Origin: a virus
Virus record (IMG/VR): IMGVR_UViG_3300045988_138690
Coordinates: 4,322 to 68,321 of that record
Length of the DNA: 64,000 bases
Direction: 5' to 3' (one strand)
Under the pieces are notes generated by a model. It searched no databases. It saw only the letters and a program-made list of their open reading frames with translations, and was not told where the DNA came from. A program made the position numbers and the translations under genes. Of this stretch, positions 35,896-44,603 are shown one piece after another. How positions within the stretch are numbered: position 1 is the stretch's first letter; the number at the start of each line of letters is the position of its first letter.

Positions 35896-36995
35896 GTCAT
35901 AGTAATGGAATAATAAGTGAGCCTATAAATTTTTCCGACCCCTACATAGTTACAGGTACAGGGAAATATAACGGTGGGTATGACGTTGGTTATATCTGCT
36001 CAAATGCCCATGGCAGGACTGTCATGTGGGCGAAGAATAAGCCTATGCGCAATAGCAAGATGGAAGACTTGACAAACGAAGAAAAACGTATAGGGAAATA
36101 TGGGCTTCTCATTCCTGAAAGCAGTCTTAATGGCGCATATCAATATCTTCCTCCCCGTGGAGGTGACAGTGAACCGTATCGTATCACAGATTGGATAGGC
36201 TATAACCACAACTCCCCGTGTTTCATCAGGGTTGATTTCCCTGAACACATGTACCTTAACCAGTGGAATACCATTAACGTGTGGCTTGACAGCAGGGCTA
36301 GTGGCAATTTCAACGACAAGGCGATCAGCATATTGGACTTGTTCCATGACACGGACTATTATATCAGCCTTGTGGTACAGGGTGCAGAGGGGCGGGTTGT
36401 CGTGCTGACAGATCCGACACCTATTAAAACCCTTTGCGGTGAAAACGGTCAGAAACTCGTTACCTTCAACGTGGGGAATTCCGATTTCACGGATATGCAC
36501 ACTACAGCCAAATTCTACGTGGTTGCCAATTCAAGCAACAGTACTGATTATAATGTAAATACCATGCACAGTTTGGAAGCCGTTCCCGGGTTAAGCTGGC
36601 GTGAATATTCTTTGGAAAAATACGAAGAACCCAAGCTCAAACTCATCAGCGGTAAGTTTGATTATTATGTGGATGATACCGAATACGAGTTCTACGCACG
36701 AGGATGTACGCTTGTACTTGACAGCCCGTACACCGTTGACAAGCAGGTATCATTCGTATGCAAGGCAAACGTGTCATACGACAACATGGAAGGCGGTGGG
36801 GGTCATGAAATGTTCGGTGGCGTTTTCACCGTCAAGCCGGGACGGAATACGGTTACTATAGCTTCCACCCCGGTAGACTACAGTATCCGGCTTGATAGTT
36901 CGGGTACGGACATCGACATGTATGTGAACTATTCCATAGCGCAGTCCCCTGAATATCATGAGTATTTCTACAGGGAGTTTTACAGGTATGAATAA
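35892..36995 (+). CDS. Fibre/receptor-binding-like protein, paralog A
   Basis: The N-terminal ~110 aa are conserved with 37623-38768 (SNGIISEPI..SDPY..GKYNGGYD.GYICSN.HG...RITDWIGYNH). The C-termini diverge. Confidence 0.55.
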   Translation: MSHSNGIISEPINFSDPYIVTGTGKYNGGYDVGYICSNAHGRTVMWAKNKPMRNSKMEDLTNEEKRIGKYGLLIPESSLNGAYQYLPPRGGDSEPYRITDWIGYNHNSPCFIRVDFPEHMYLNQWNTINVWLDSRASGNFNDKAISILDLFHDTDYYISLVVQGAEGRVVVLTDPTPIKTLCGENGQKLVTFNVGNSDFTDMHTTAKFYVVANSSNSTDYNVNTMHSLEAVPGLSWREYSLEKYEEPKLKLISGKFDYYVDDTEYEFYARGCTLVLDSPYTVDKQVSFVCKANVSYDNMEGGGGHEMFGGVFTVKPGRNTVTIASTPVDYSIRLDSSGTDIDMYVNYSIAQSPEYHEYFYREFYRYE

Positions 36996-37009
36996 TTAAA
37001 AACAATTAT

Positions 37010-37399
37010 ATGGAAAAGATCAGATCATTATCGGACAAACGCCTTATCGTGGAATGCACGGTTAACGGCAGGCAAGGCAATTTCCTTGTTGACACGGGTG
37101 CGTCGGTAGGCTTGATAGCCGAAGACAGGGTAAGGAAGTTCGGGTTGCTTGAAGGCAGGCGTTATCCCGGTACGCTCATCGGTGCCGGAGGTGAAATAAG
37201 TGGCGTGCGTTATTGCAACACGTTTGCCAACCTGAAAGGAAAGGACATCCCCCAGTTCCTTATTGCCGACATCTCAGCGGTGAGGGAAAGCATAAGGAGG
37301 GAGACGGGAGTCGAGATACTTGGCATAATATCATTGCCGCAGATGAAGATTGCAGGAATGCAAGTCGACGCGAACGATAACCTTATAATAATTGAGTGA
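37010..37399 (+). CDS. Retropepsin-like (clan AA) aspartic protease
   Basis: FLVDTGASVGLI carries the D-T-G active-site motif. At 129 aa it is the size of a single-domain enzyme that would work as a dimer. Confidence 0.7.
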   Translation: MEKIRSLSDKRLIVECTVNGRQGNFLVDTGASVGLIAEDRVRKFGLLEGRRYPGTLIGAGGEISGVRYCNTFANLKGKDIPQFLIADISAVRESIRRETGVEILGIISLPQMKIAGMQVDANDNLIIIE

Positions 37400-37400
37400 T

Positions 37401-37502
37401 ATGGAAAGAGAGAAAGCAGACCTGCTCATATCAGGAAACCTTATTTGTAAACAAATGTTAACGGGGGGGGTAAAATCCACCCTTGTAAAAAAGAGAAATT
37501 AA
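37401..37502 (+). CDS. 33-codon uORF containing the G8 tract
   Basis: The ATG is 2 nt after the protease stop, and its TAA abuts the ATG at 37503 (taaATG). G8 at 37463-37470 lies inside it. Confidence 0.3.
   Translation: MEREKADLLISGNLICKQMLTGGVKSTLVKKRN
37463..37470 (+). repeat. G8 homopolymer (context ACGGGGGGGGTA)
   Basis: Read directly. Identical 12-mer to 6551-6562. Confidence 0.95.
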
Positions 37503-38768
37503 ATGAGTACTTCGATGTTGGGGATGCGCTACATATTGACGGTGATGTTGTTGTTGACAGTTTCGACAGCAAAGGCTATAACGTCGTCGTTACTGGTGCC
37601 GTTGTGGCACAAGGAGGTGGTTATGGGCTATAGCAACGGGACTATAACCGCACCTGTATCCGCTTCCGATCCGTACGCCGTACTTGGAGTTGGCAAATAC
37701 AATGACGGATATGATTGGGGGTATATATGCAGCAACCGGCACGGTAAAACCAACATGTGGAGCAAATTTAAGCCTGTTAGGTATAGCAAGCCTGATGATC
37801 TGTCTTTTGAAGACCGGAAGTATAAGGGATTTGGCTTTGAGATAATGCCACCGCAGGAGGATGCCATTCGTGCGAATGCCCAAAAATATGCGTATCTTGC
37901 TCCAAGGGGAGGGCAATTTAATGAATGGTTCAGGATTACCGACTGGATAGGTTACAATCATTATGCCCGACCGCCGTTAGACATGAATAGCAGCCATTTC
38001 CCCGATTATTGGGATTTCGACGAAACGGACACTGTCACTGTTGAAATGTTGGGCAACTGGGACGCGTCTGAAATGGAGTTCAGCGATTTTGGATCATTGG
38101 GAGAGTATTACCCTGCAATCTGTGTCATAGACCGTAACAACCCGCAAAATTACCAGTGGAAGACCGGGTTGGAACGGTTCAAGGAACATGGTATGCTGCC
38201 TATCGGTCTGTTCAGTTATGAGAGCATGTTCTTGTCCGATTACGTGGAATATTTCATAGTGGCGGCACGCGATTATAAGGAAACGTTCGAGGAGGAGAAA
38301 TCAACCGTTTTCCTGCCTATCCCGTCACTGGAAGGGCAAACATTTCACATAAATGTTTATAACTGGCAAGCAAAAGCTCCTACGGTTAACCTGTACAAGA
38401 TTGTTTGGAATGGCAATGAGCACAATTACGAGGCTCCTCCAAGCTCTATCAGTGTCGGAAGTGTCCGTGACTTCAAGCTAGGGTTTATATGGGAGATCAC
38501 CAACAATAATGACCAGCCGCTTTATATCGAGCCGGAAAGCATAATGATACATGCAAGGGAAAGCAACGGGCGTTTTGAAGCGTGGTTCTACAGCTCTCAT
38601 CTTGATACGGCAACGATTGATCCGGGTGAGACGTGGACGTGGCAAATGGAGTTTGACAATACGTACACCATCAGTGACTACGAAGGTTATTACGATATAG
38701 CTGCGACATTCTATTATAACGATAATAATTTATGGGATAATTCCTTTAATGTATATGGAGGATATTGA
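37503..38768 (+). CDS. Fibre/receptor-binding-like protein, paralog B (alternative start 37623)
   Basis: The long form adds a Sec-signal-like MSTSMLGMRYILTVMLLLTVSTAKA. The short form starts at MGYSNGTITAPV (37623), preceded by AAGGAGGTGG, and aligns with the start of paralog A. Confidence 0.6.
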   Translation: MSTSMLGMRYILTVMLLLTVSTAKAITSSLLVPLWHKEVVMGYSNGTITAPVSASDPYAVLGVGKYNDGYDWGYICSNRHGKTNMWSKFKPVRYSKPDDLSFEDRKYKGFGFEIMPPQEDAIRANAQKYAYLAPRGGQFNEWFRITDWIGYNHYARPPLDMNSSHFPDYWDFDETDTVTVEMLGNWDASEMEFSDFGSLGEYYPAICVIDRNNPQNYQWKTGLERFKEHGMLPIGLFSYESMFLSDYVEYFIVAARDYKETFEEEKSTVFLPIPSLEGQTFHINVYNWQAKAPTVNLYKIVWNGNEHNYEAPPSSISVGSVRDFKLGFIWEITNNNDQPLYIEPESIMIHARESNGRFEAWFYSSHLDTATIDPGETWTWQMEFDNTYTISDYEGYYDIAATFYYNDNNLWDNSFNVYGGY

Positions 38769-38791
38769 TTATTAACTAAATAAAAACAATT

Positions 38792-39127
38792 ATGGAAGCA
38801 ATTCAAGTAAACGTAAATCAAGGTACTCTGTTAAGAAGTACGTTCAAAAATTCGACAATCACCTCATCCAACATCAAGTTGATGGGCGACGAGCTTGTCA
38901 TGGAAGGTAACAAAGTGGTAATGTACAAGGGAAGTGTGCGCAAGTCTGATGAAACGGTTATCGGCACGTTCAGTTACAACAATGGATACAGCAGTATAGG
39001 TGGACCGGCAGGCGAGGGATACCGTTGCGAGGTTCTTGTAAATAAGGAAGAGGGTGCGGTTCTACAGGTAGAAGCCACCAACACCCTTCTCGTGGGTATC
39101 GGCAAGTTGCAGGAAACTAATGTATAA
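38792..39127 (+). CDS. Hypothetical protein (111 aa)
   Basis: ORF in the late-gene string. Confidence 0.5.
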   Translation: MEAIQVNVNQGTLLRSTFKNSTITSSNIKLMGDELVMEGNKVVMYKGSVRKSDETVIGTFSYNNGYSSIGGPAGEGYRCEVLVNKEEGAVLQVEATNTLLVGIGKLQETNV

Positions 39128-39147
39128 CAATTAAAACAATAACTATC

Positions 39148-39474
39148 ATGGAAAATAAAGAAAAGAAAGCAGAAGAAAAGAAAGTAGTTGACTTCACAGG
39201 CGTGGAGATTGAGAATATTGACGGGTCTAAAGAAAAGGTATGCCTTGTGGAAGAAGGTAAGGACGTGGTTGTCGGAATTATTGTAAAGCAATTTGCCAAT
39301 ACTGTTTATTCGCAGTCCAAAGACATAGGCGAAGTGGAATTAGCCCGTACCATCTACAAGACGGGGAAGGCTGAAATGGACAAATCACAGGCAAGCGCCT
39401 TGAAAAAGTATGCGGAAAACTACCCATACGTGTTGCGTACTGCCATAGAAAGTGCTTTTGACGTGTTCGACTAA
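39148..39474 (+). CDS. Hypothetical protein (108 aa)
   Basis: ORF in the late-gene string. Confidence 0.5.
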   Translation: MENKEKKAEEKKVVDFTGVEIENIDGSKEKVCLVEEGKDVVVGIIVKQFANTVYSQSKDIGEVELARTIYKTGKAEMDKSQASALKKYAENYPYVLRTAIESAFDVFD

Positions 39475-39699
39475 ATAAAAATCCCGTCCTGCCCATCACG
39501 GGTCAGACGGGAATGGATATGCCCGATATGTACAATAAAACCAAATTGTCAACAAATAAACAAACAGCAAACTATCAAGCATATCCCGTCAATAAAATGA
39601 GTAGATATCCATCGCATATCCTCACGGATTTGAAAAATATCTTAATACCTTGCAAATATACTGATAATTGGTTTTGGCAAACAATTTTGAAACGATAAA

Positions 39700-40167
39700 A
39701 TGAAGAGTAACATTATTACCCAAAGTATACCGGGCGGGTTCTCGGTAATAGCGAGCAGCTTTATTGTACAGTCATTGGAGCACATGATACCGTGGCTGAT
39801 AGTCTCATTTTCGGTTATTGTATGTGATTTGGCATTCGGAGTGAGAAAAAGTTTATTGATGAATGAGGAAGTACGTTTCTCCGGGGCTATACGCCGTACT
39901 ATGGGTAAGATGGTGACATACTTCGCATTCGTATGCATGGTTGTGATGATAAACATTGCTTCGGGCGACAAATGGAACATTGATATATATTCATGCCTGT
40001 TGATATGCTTTATTGAGTTTTGCTCCATAATAAGCAACATATTAAAGCCTAAGGGATATGATTTCGACATATTGAAGGCTTTAGGCTTATTCGGTAAAAA
40101 AGTTTTTAATGTTGACAAGGAAGATATAAGTGATATAATAACTAAAGATAAGGAGGACAAGAAATAA
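39700..40167 (+). CDS. Holin
   Basis: 155 aa with 3-4 predicted TM helices. VCDLAFGVRKS... resembles the phage holin (LL-H/TcdE-like) family. Confidence 0.65.
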   Translation: MKSNIITQSIPGGFSVIASSFIVQSLEHMIPWLIVSFSVIVCDLAFGVRKSLLMNEEVRFSGAIRRTMGKMVTYFAFVCMVVMINIASGDKWNIDIYSCLLICFIEFCSIISNILKPKGYDFDILKALGLFGKKVFNVDKEDISDIITKDKEDKK

Positions 40168-40276
40168 ATTTAATTGATTTTGTTTTCATTGCGCCGTTTG
40201 CTTTTTATGTCATAATCTATGCATTTGCGGTAAAAGAAACCAAATATAATAATAACTAACGAAAGGAATAAATCTG

Positions 40277-41032
40277 ATGAGAAAGATACGGATAAAAAAT
40301 GACATAAATGTCACCCTTTCCATAAAACGTGACGGTTCAATCGAAGACCTTACCGGAAAGGATTTGGCTATTGTCATGCAGGTCGGATACTTAAAGGCTG
40401 CCATCGAGGATTTTACCGTCGATGGGAACAAGGTAGGCTTTCTTTTCCCGGCATTGCAGCAGAAGCATACCGGAGTGTATTCCATCACCATACAGGTAAG
40501 GGATGGCGATGCCGTGAACACAGTGGACAAGTGTGACGCATTCGAGCTTGTGTCGTGCAGTTGCAATGTAGGCGGTACGGATGAGCCTAATATCGAAACC
40601 GTATCATTGGAATATTCTTTAGACCTTAAGACCGATACGGGCGGTTCTTCTTCGGGAGGCGGGGGAACAGGTGACTACAGAGACCTTGCCAATAAGCCTA
40701 AAATCAACGGCATCACCCTTGACGGGAACAATACCCTTGGAGAACTCGGCATACAACCGGAAGGCGAATATCTCACAAAGCAGGATATTCCGGATTTGAA
40801 GGGTAAAGACGGGAAGTCCGCTTATCAGATTTGGATTGATGCGGGAAATTCCGGTACGGAAGAGGATTTCCTTGTATCGTTGAAGGGTGCTGACGGGCAT
40901 ACCCCGGTAAAAGGTACGGACTACTTTACCTCTGATGACGTGTCACAAATTGTCAATGATGTGACAGCGGCCATATCCGGTCAGATTGATGGGATAAACG
41001 CCATTGTAGGTACGGAAGGAGGTGAAGCATGA
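40277..41032 (+). CDS. Tail-fibre-like protein
   Basis: Ig-like N-terminus, Gly-rich linker, and the GKDGKSAYQIWIDAGNSGTEEDFLVSLKGADG motif common in phage fibre proteins. Confidence 0.55.
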   Translation: MRKIRIKNDINVTLSIKRDGSIEDLTGKDLAIVMQVGYLKAAIEDFTVDGNKVGFLFPALQQKHTGVYSITIQVRDGDAVNTVDKCDAFELVSCSCNVGGTDEPNIETVSLEYSLDLKTDTGGSSSGGGGTGDYRDLANKPKINGITLDGNNTLGELGIQPEGEYLTKQDIPDLKGKDGKSAYQIWIDAGNSGTEEDFLVSLKGADGHTPVKGTDYFTSDDVSQIVNDVTAAISGQIDGINAIVGTEGGEA

Positions 41033-42156
41033 GCACGCTTGGCGAACTGAAATCAAACATATTATCGGTGATATCCAAGATGAAGGAAAACCTTGTTTCC
41101 AAAGGGGTACAGGTCAGCGATGCCGATACGTTGCATACATTGGCTGATAAGGTCAATGATATACAGGGGCAACCCGCCAACCCCAACATTTATACTGTAG
41201 ACTTGTCGGTATACAATTATACGGAGGAGGAGCTTGCCGAAGCGAAGGCGATACTTGACTACAACATTGTAGGAATATGGCAATCCGAGGAAGCGCAGAA
41301 GATACTTGGAATGCCGGAGTCTTCATACGGATTTTCTTCCATAAGTGACATGATATACAATAACGGTTGCGTGCGGCCAATACTTGTCCCAAGAATTACG
41401 CTTAGGGTTGGGGCGGTAAATCTGCAAATACCTACGGGTATCGCTTTAAGTACTGCCATATACAGGGGAGCGATGAACTATGAGGGATTGGGTACCGACG
41501 ACAAGCGGGCACGTAATTTCTCAGCGGCATGCAGGAGCAATTATGGTATCACAAGGTTGCCGGGAGGAAACTGGAAGGAGACATGCGGGATTGCGGACAT
41601 GATGTTTGAAAACTGCACAAGCCTTATCGATGTAGACCTTGAACTGCCGAATTGCACTTCTTGTACGAGCATTATGGGTAGTTGCTCCGAACTTAAGAAG
41701 GCACGCCTTGTAATTCCGAAGGTAGAAAGCAGCAGACAGTTTTTCAGGAGCTGTACCTCTTTGGAAGATGCATATATTGACATGCCTTTGAATGATAGGT
41801 TCGACTACAGCCTTGAAAGGTGTACGGGACTTAAGAAACTTACCATAATATTCGGGGCAAACATAGGAAGCTACAACAATTGCTTTAGCTGGGAATTTCC
41901 TGGCAACTACACTTTGCTGAAGAATATATGCATGCATCCTTATGCCACTGTTCTCAACCTGTCAACCATATCAAAGTGGGGTACGGATACTCCTGAAAAC
42001 AGGCAATCACTGGTTGATACCCTGATAACGTATTCTTATGACAGGGCATCCGCAGGTTACAGCGCTGCTGCCGTATCCCTCCATGCTGATGTAAAGGCTT
42101 TATTGACAGAAGAAGAACTGACGCAAATCACCGACAAAGGTTACACAATAGCATAA
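41029..42156 (+). CDS. BspA-type leucine-rich-repeat protein
   Basis: Repeats of the form F.nCtsL..v.lp (FENCTSLIDVDLELPNCTSCTSIMGSCSELKKARLVIP...FFRSCTSLEDAYIDMP). Confidence 0.6.
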   Translation: MSTLGELKSNILSVISKMKENLVSKGVQVSDADTLHTLADKVNDIQGQPANPNIYTVDLSVYNYTEEELAEAKAILDYNIVGIWQSEEAQKILGMPESSYGFSSISDMIYNNGCVRPILVPRITLRVGAVNLQIPTGIALSTAIYRGAMNYEGLGTDDKRARNFSAACRSNYGITRLPGGNWKETCGIADMMFENCTSLIDVDLELPNCTSCTSIMGSCSELKKARLVIPKVESSRQFFRSCTSLEDAYIDMPLNDRFDYSLERCTGLKKLTIIFGANIGSYNNCFSWEFPGNYTLLKNICMHPYATVLNLSTISKWGTDTPENRQSLVDTLITYSYDRASAGYSAAAVSLHADVKALLTEEELTQITDKGYTIA

Positions 42157-42160
42157 TTAT

Positions 42161-42361
42161 ATGATAACGCTTAAATCAAAAACCGGGTATGTGTTTACCC
42201 AATCGGCTGAAATCCCCCTTGAACAGAGGGTGTATGCCAAAGAATTGTACTTGGCGGTAAATGATACTCCTGGCAACTGGAAGGAGATTACCGATGAAGA
42301 AGCTGCATCCATGCAGGAAGAGTTGAACAAAATAACCAAGGAGGAAGGAAATGAATATTAA
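42161..42361 (+). CDS. Hypothetical protein (66 aa)
   Basis: ORF overlapping the endolysin start. Confidence 0.45.
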   Translation: MITLKSKTGYVFTQSAEIPLEQRVYAKELYLAVNDTPGNWKEITDEEAASMQEELNKITKEEGNEY

Positions 42362-42791
42362 GGACTATTTCGACATTCAGGAACTTGTATGCCGTCATGT
42401 GTACGATAAGTTCGGGGAAAGCGCTTGGCAGTTCTTTGACAGCCGCCTGCTTGAAACGTTGCTTGTTATCCGTGAGAAGCTTGGCAAGCCTATCCTTGTG
42501 AACAATTGGCAGGTTGGCGGCAACCTCACACAAAGAGGTTTTAGATGTAATGTATGCCAGCTTGTCGCTGAAAAGACAAGGCTTGAAAAAGTGTACGTAT
42601 CGGCACACATGCAAGGCACGGGTATAGACTTCGATGTAAAGGGCATGACGGCTCTTGAAGCCCGCAACTGGATTAAGGCAAACCAGATACTCCTTCCTTA
42701 TCCAATAAGGCTGGAACAGGATGTTACGTGGGTGCATCTTGACATGCGAAATGACGGCACAAGGGGAAAGGTAGTGTACTTCAAAGGGTAA
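42351..42791 (+). CDS. Endolysin, peptidase M15 family
   Basis: SAHMQGTGIDFD (H-x6-D) and WVHLD give the zinc ligands typical of M15 peptidoglycan peptidases. Confidence 0.75.
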   Translation: MNIKDYFDIQELVCRHVYDKFGESAWQFFDSRLLETLLVIREKLGKPILVNNWQVGGNLTQRGFRCNVCQLVAEKTRLEKVYVSAHMQGTGIDFDVKGMTALEARNWIKANQILLPYPIRLEQDVTWVHLDMRNDGTRGKVVYFKG

Positions 42792-42937
42792 TATTGATTT
42801 TAATTTCGTTCTTTGACATGTTGGGATTACCGTTAATCGTTTTTGCAAATGTGAATAACACACGTGTGGCATAATTTATATGTTAAATATATTGTTTTCT
42901 TTCTTATAAAAACTGATATTTGCGATAATTAAACCTC

Positions 42938-43801
42938 ATGAGACATATAGCTATGAATATAAAATTTGAAGGTCAAACGCATCAAATTGATGCAAACACC
43001 CTTATATCTTCATTGGTTCATTATCAGACAGTAATCAATGAAGCGAACCGGATTTACGGAAATGGGACAAGAAATATTACCTTAAAAGTAAATGCGATTA
43101 ATAAAGGATCATTTGTTGTAGATGTTTCTATCGAAGAAGGTCTTAAGGGATTATTCTCAAATGATACTATAAACTATATTGCGGGGCTTGTAACCATAAT
43201 AGGAGGAGTGTATGGTGCTTACTCTCACTTGAAAGGGAAGCCCGCAAAAAACAAAGAGGATATTAATAGTATCTCAATAAAAACCGGAAAGAATAGTAAT
43301 ATTGAAATCAATCAAAATATTGTAAACGTGTATAACCAGCCAGTCGTGCGTGAAGCTATATCTAAAACAATTCAAATGGCAGACGAAGACCCATGCGTTG
43401 ACGGTGTTAGTATAGATAATGGCGAGGGGTTTAAAACAGAGTTCAAGAAAGAAGACTTTAAAGAACTTATATATAATGACTTTGATAAAGAAGAAGATAT
43501 TCCAAACGAAAAGATAGAGGAGGTTGAAGCTCTTCTTACTATAATTGCTTTAAATTTTGAATCCGGAAGTAAATGGCAGTTTATTTATAACGGCTTTAAA
43601 ATACCGATGATAGTAAAAGATGATGCTTTGATGAAAAAAATAGATGAAGGTGAAAGGTTCGGAAAGGGAGATGCAATAAAAGTAAGAATGAGAATACTTA
43701 AGAGGTATAACAATCAATATAAAACCTACGAAAACAAATCTTATAAAATCGTAGAGTTTTATGAACATATAATAGCACCTAAACAATCCGATATATTCTA
43801 A
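42938..43801 (+). CDS. Orphan protein with a central hydrophobic helix (287 aa)
   Basis: Stand-alone ORF with its own terminator. Visibly AT-rich and K/N/I-rich. No motif recognised. Confidence 0.6.
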   Translation: MRHIAMNIKFEGQTHQIDANTLISSLVHYQTVINEANRIYGNGTRNITLKVNAINKGSFVVDVSIEEGLKGLFSNDTINYIAGLVTIIGGVYGAYSHLKGKPAKNKEDINSISIKTGKNSNIEINQNIVNVYNQPVVREAISKTIQMADEDPCVDGVSIDNGEGFKTEFKKEDFKELIYNDFDKEEDIPNEKIEEVEALLTIIALNFESGSKWQFIYNGFKIPMIVKDDALMKKIDEGERFGKGDAIKVRMRILKRYNNQYKTYENKSYKIVEFYEHIIAPKQSDIF

Positions 43802-43813
43802 GATTAAATATAG

Positions 43814-43850
43814 AAGGCGGTAATTCCAACAAGGTTTCACCGCCTTTTTT
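43814..43850 (+). terminator. Intrinsic terminator
   Basis: AAGGCGGT/ACCGCCTT stem plus a T-run. Confidence 0.75.
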
Positions 43851-43896
43851 GTGTCCGGGCGGTATCCAAGTTCGGACACCCTTTATTGTTGGATAT

Positions 43897-44391
43897 ATGA
43901 AATGTAATATTGGTGAATTTCGTAGGCTTCTTCTTTGGGCTGCAATAGGCATATTGGCAATGCTGTTATCATCTATGCTCTCTTCGTGCCGAACGAGGAC
44001 GGTCTATGTGCCCGTTGAAACCAAAGTCCTTGACAGTATCATCCTGCATGATACGACATTCCAAGAGAAGTTGGTACCTTATAAGGATAGCGTATCCATT
44101 GCTGATACTGCTTCATTTTTATGCAACCCATACGCATACAGCTATGCCGGTTACAGCAATGGCATGTTGCATCATTCACTTGGCATATACCCGTTTGCCA
44201 CAGTAAGGGTAAATGTCCCGTATTTCATTGAAAAGATAAGAAGGATTGAAGTGCCGAAGCCTTATCCGGTGGAAAGGGAATTGTCATGGTGGAATAAATT
44301 TAAAGTCAGATATGGTAATGTCAGCCTGTTTGCCAATTTGGTTTTCATAGCCTTTTTGGTGTACAAAATAATAAAGAAATTAAAGATGTAG
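43897..44391 (+). CDS. Lipoprotein with a C-terminal TM helix (unimolecular-spanin-like)
   Basis: Signal peptide with the lipobox-like LSSC, and a C-terminal VSLFANLVFIAFLVYKII. Start taken at MKCNIGEF. Confidence 0.45.
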   Translation: MKCNIGEFRRLLLWAAIGILAMLLSSMLSSCRTRTVYVPVETKVLDSIILHDTTFQEKLVPYKDSVSIADTASFLCNPYAYSYAGYSNGMLHHSLGIYPFATVRVNVPYFIEKIRRIEVPKPYPVERELSWWNKFKVRYGNVSLFANLVFIAFLVYKIIKKLKM

Positions 44392-44603
44392 AAGTCAGCT
44401 TGTAGTTGGCGCTCTTTTTGGGGCTTAGAGTGGAAAGAAAGCCCCCAACGTTCAAATTAATATTGCCACATAAAAATTTGAAAAAGCATAAGATACCGCA
44501 CGTTGGAGGCTTAATATCTTCAACACGGTATCTTGTGCTTTGTTCATATGGATCAAATATTTTATGTGGCAGGGCAAAGGTAAGCATAAAAATCATAAAA
44601 ACT

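Noticed and set aside
37401-37630. G-tract slippage fusing the uORF directly to fibre paralog B
   Set aside because: I translated the G7 and G9 variants. Neither joins the paralog B reading frame, since G7 stops at the tract and G9 stops at the TAG at 37628-37630. Only a coupling/reinitiation model is retained.
35892-38768. Diversity-generating retroelement acting on the fibre paralogs
   Set aside because: There is no reverse transcriptase ORF anywhere in the window. The similarity between the paralogs is N-terminal and protein-level, not a template/variable repeat pair with A-specific differences.
39513-39698. 61-aa ORF between the 39148 gene and the holin
   Set aside because: It has no start context and an odd composition. 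It overlaps a hairpin region (39481-39512) and sits in the holin upstream leader.
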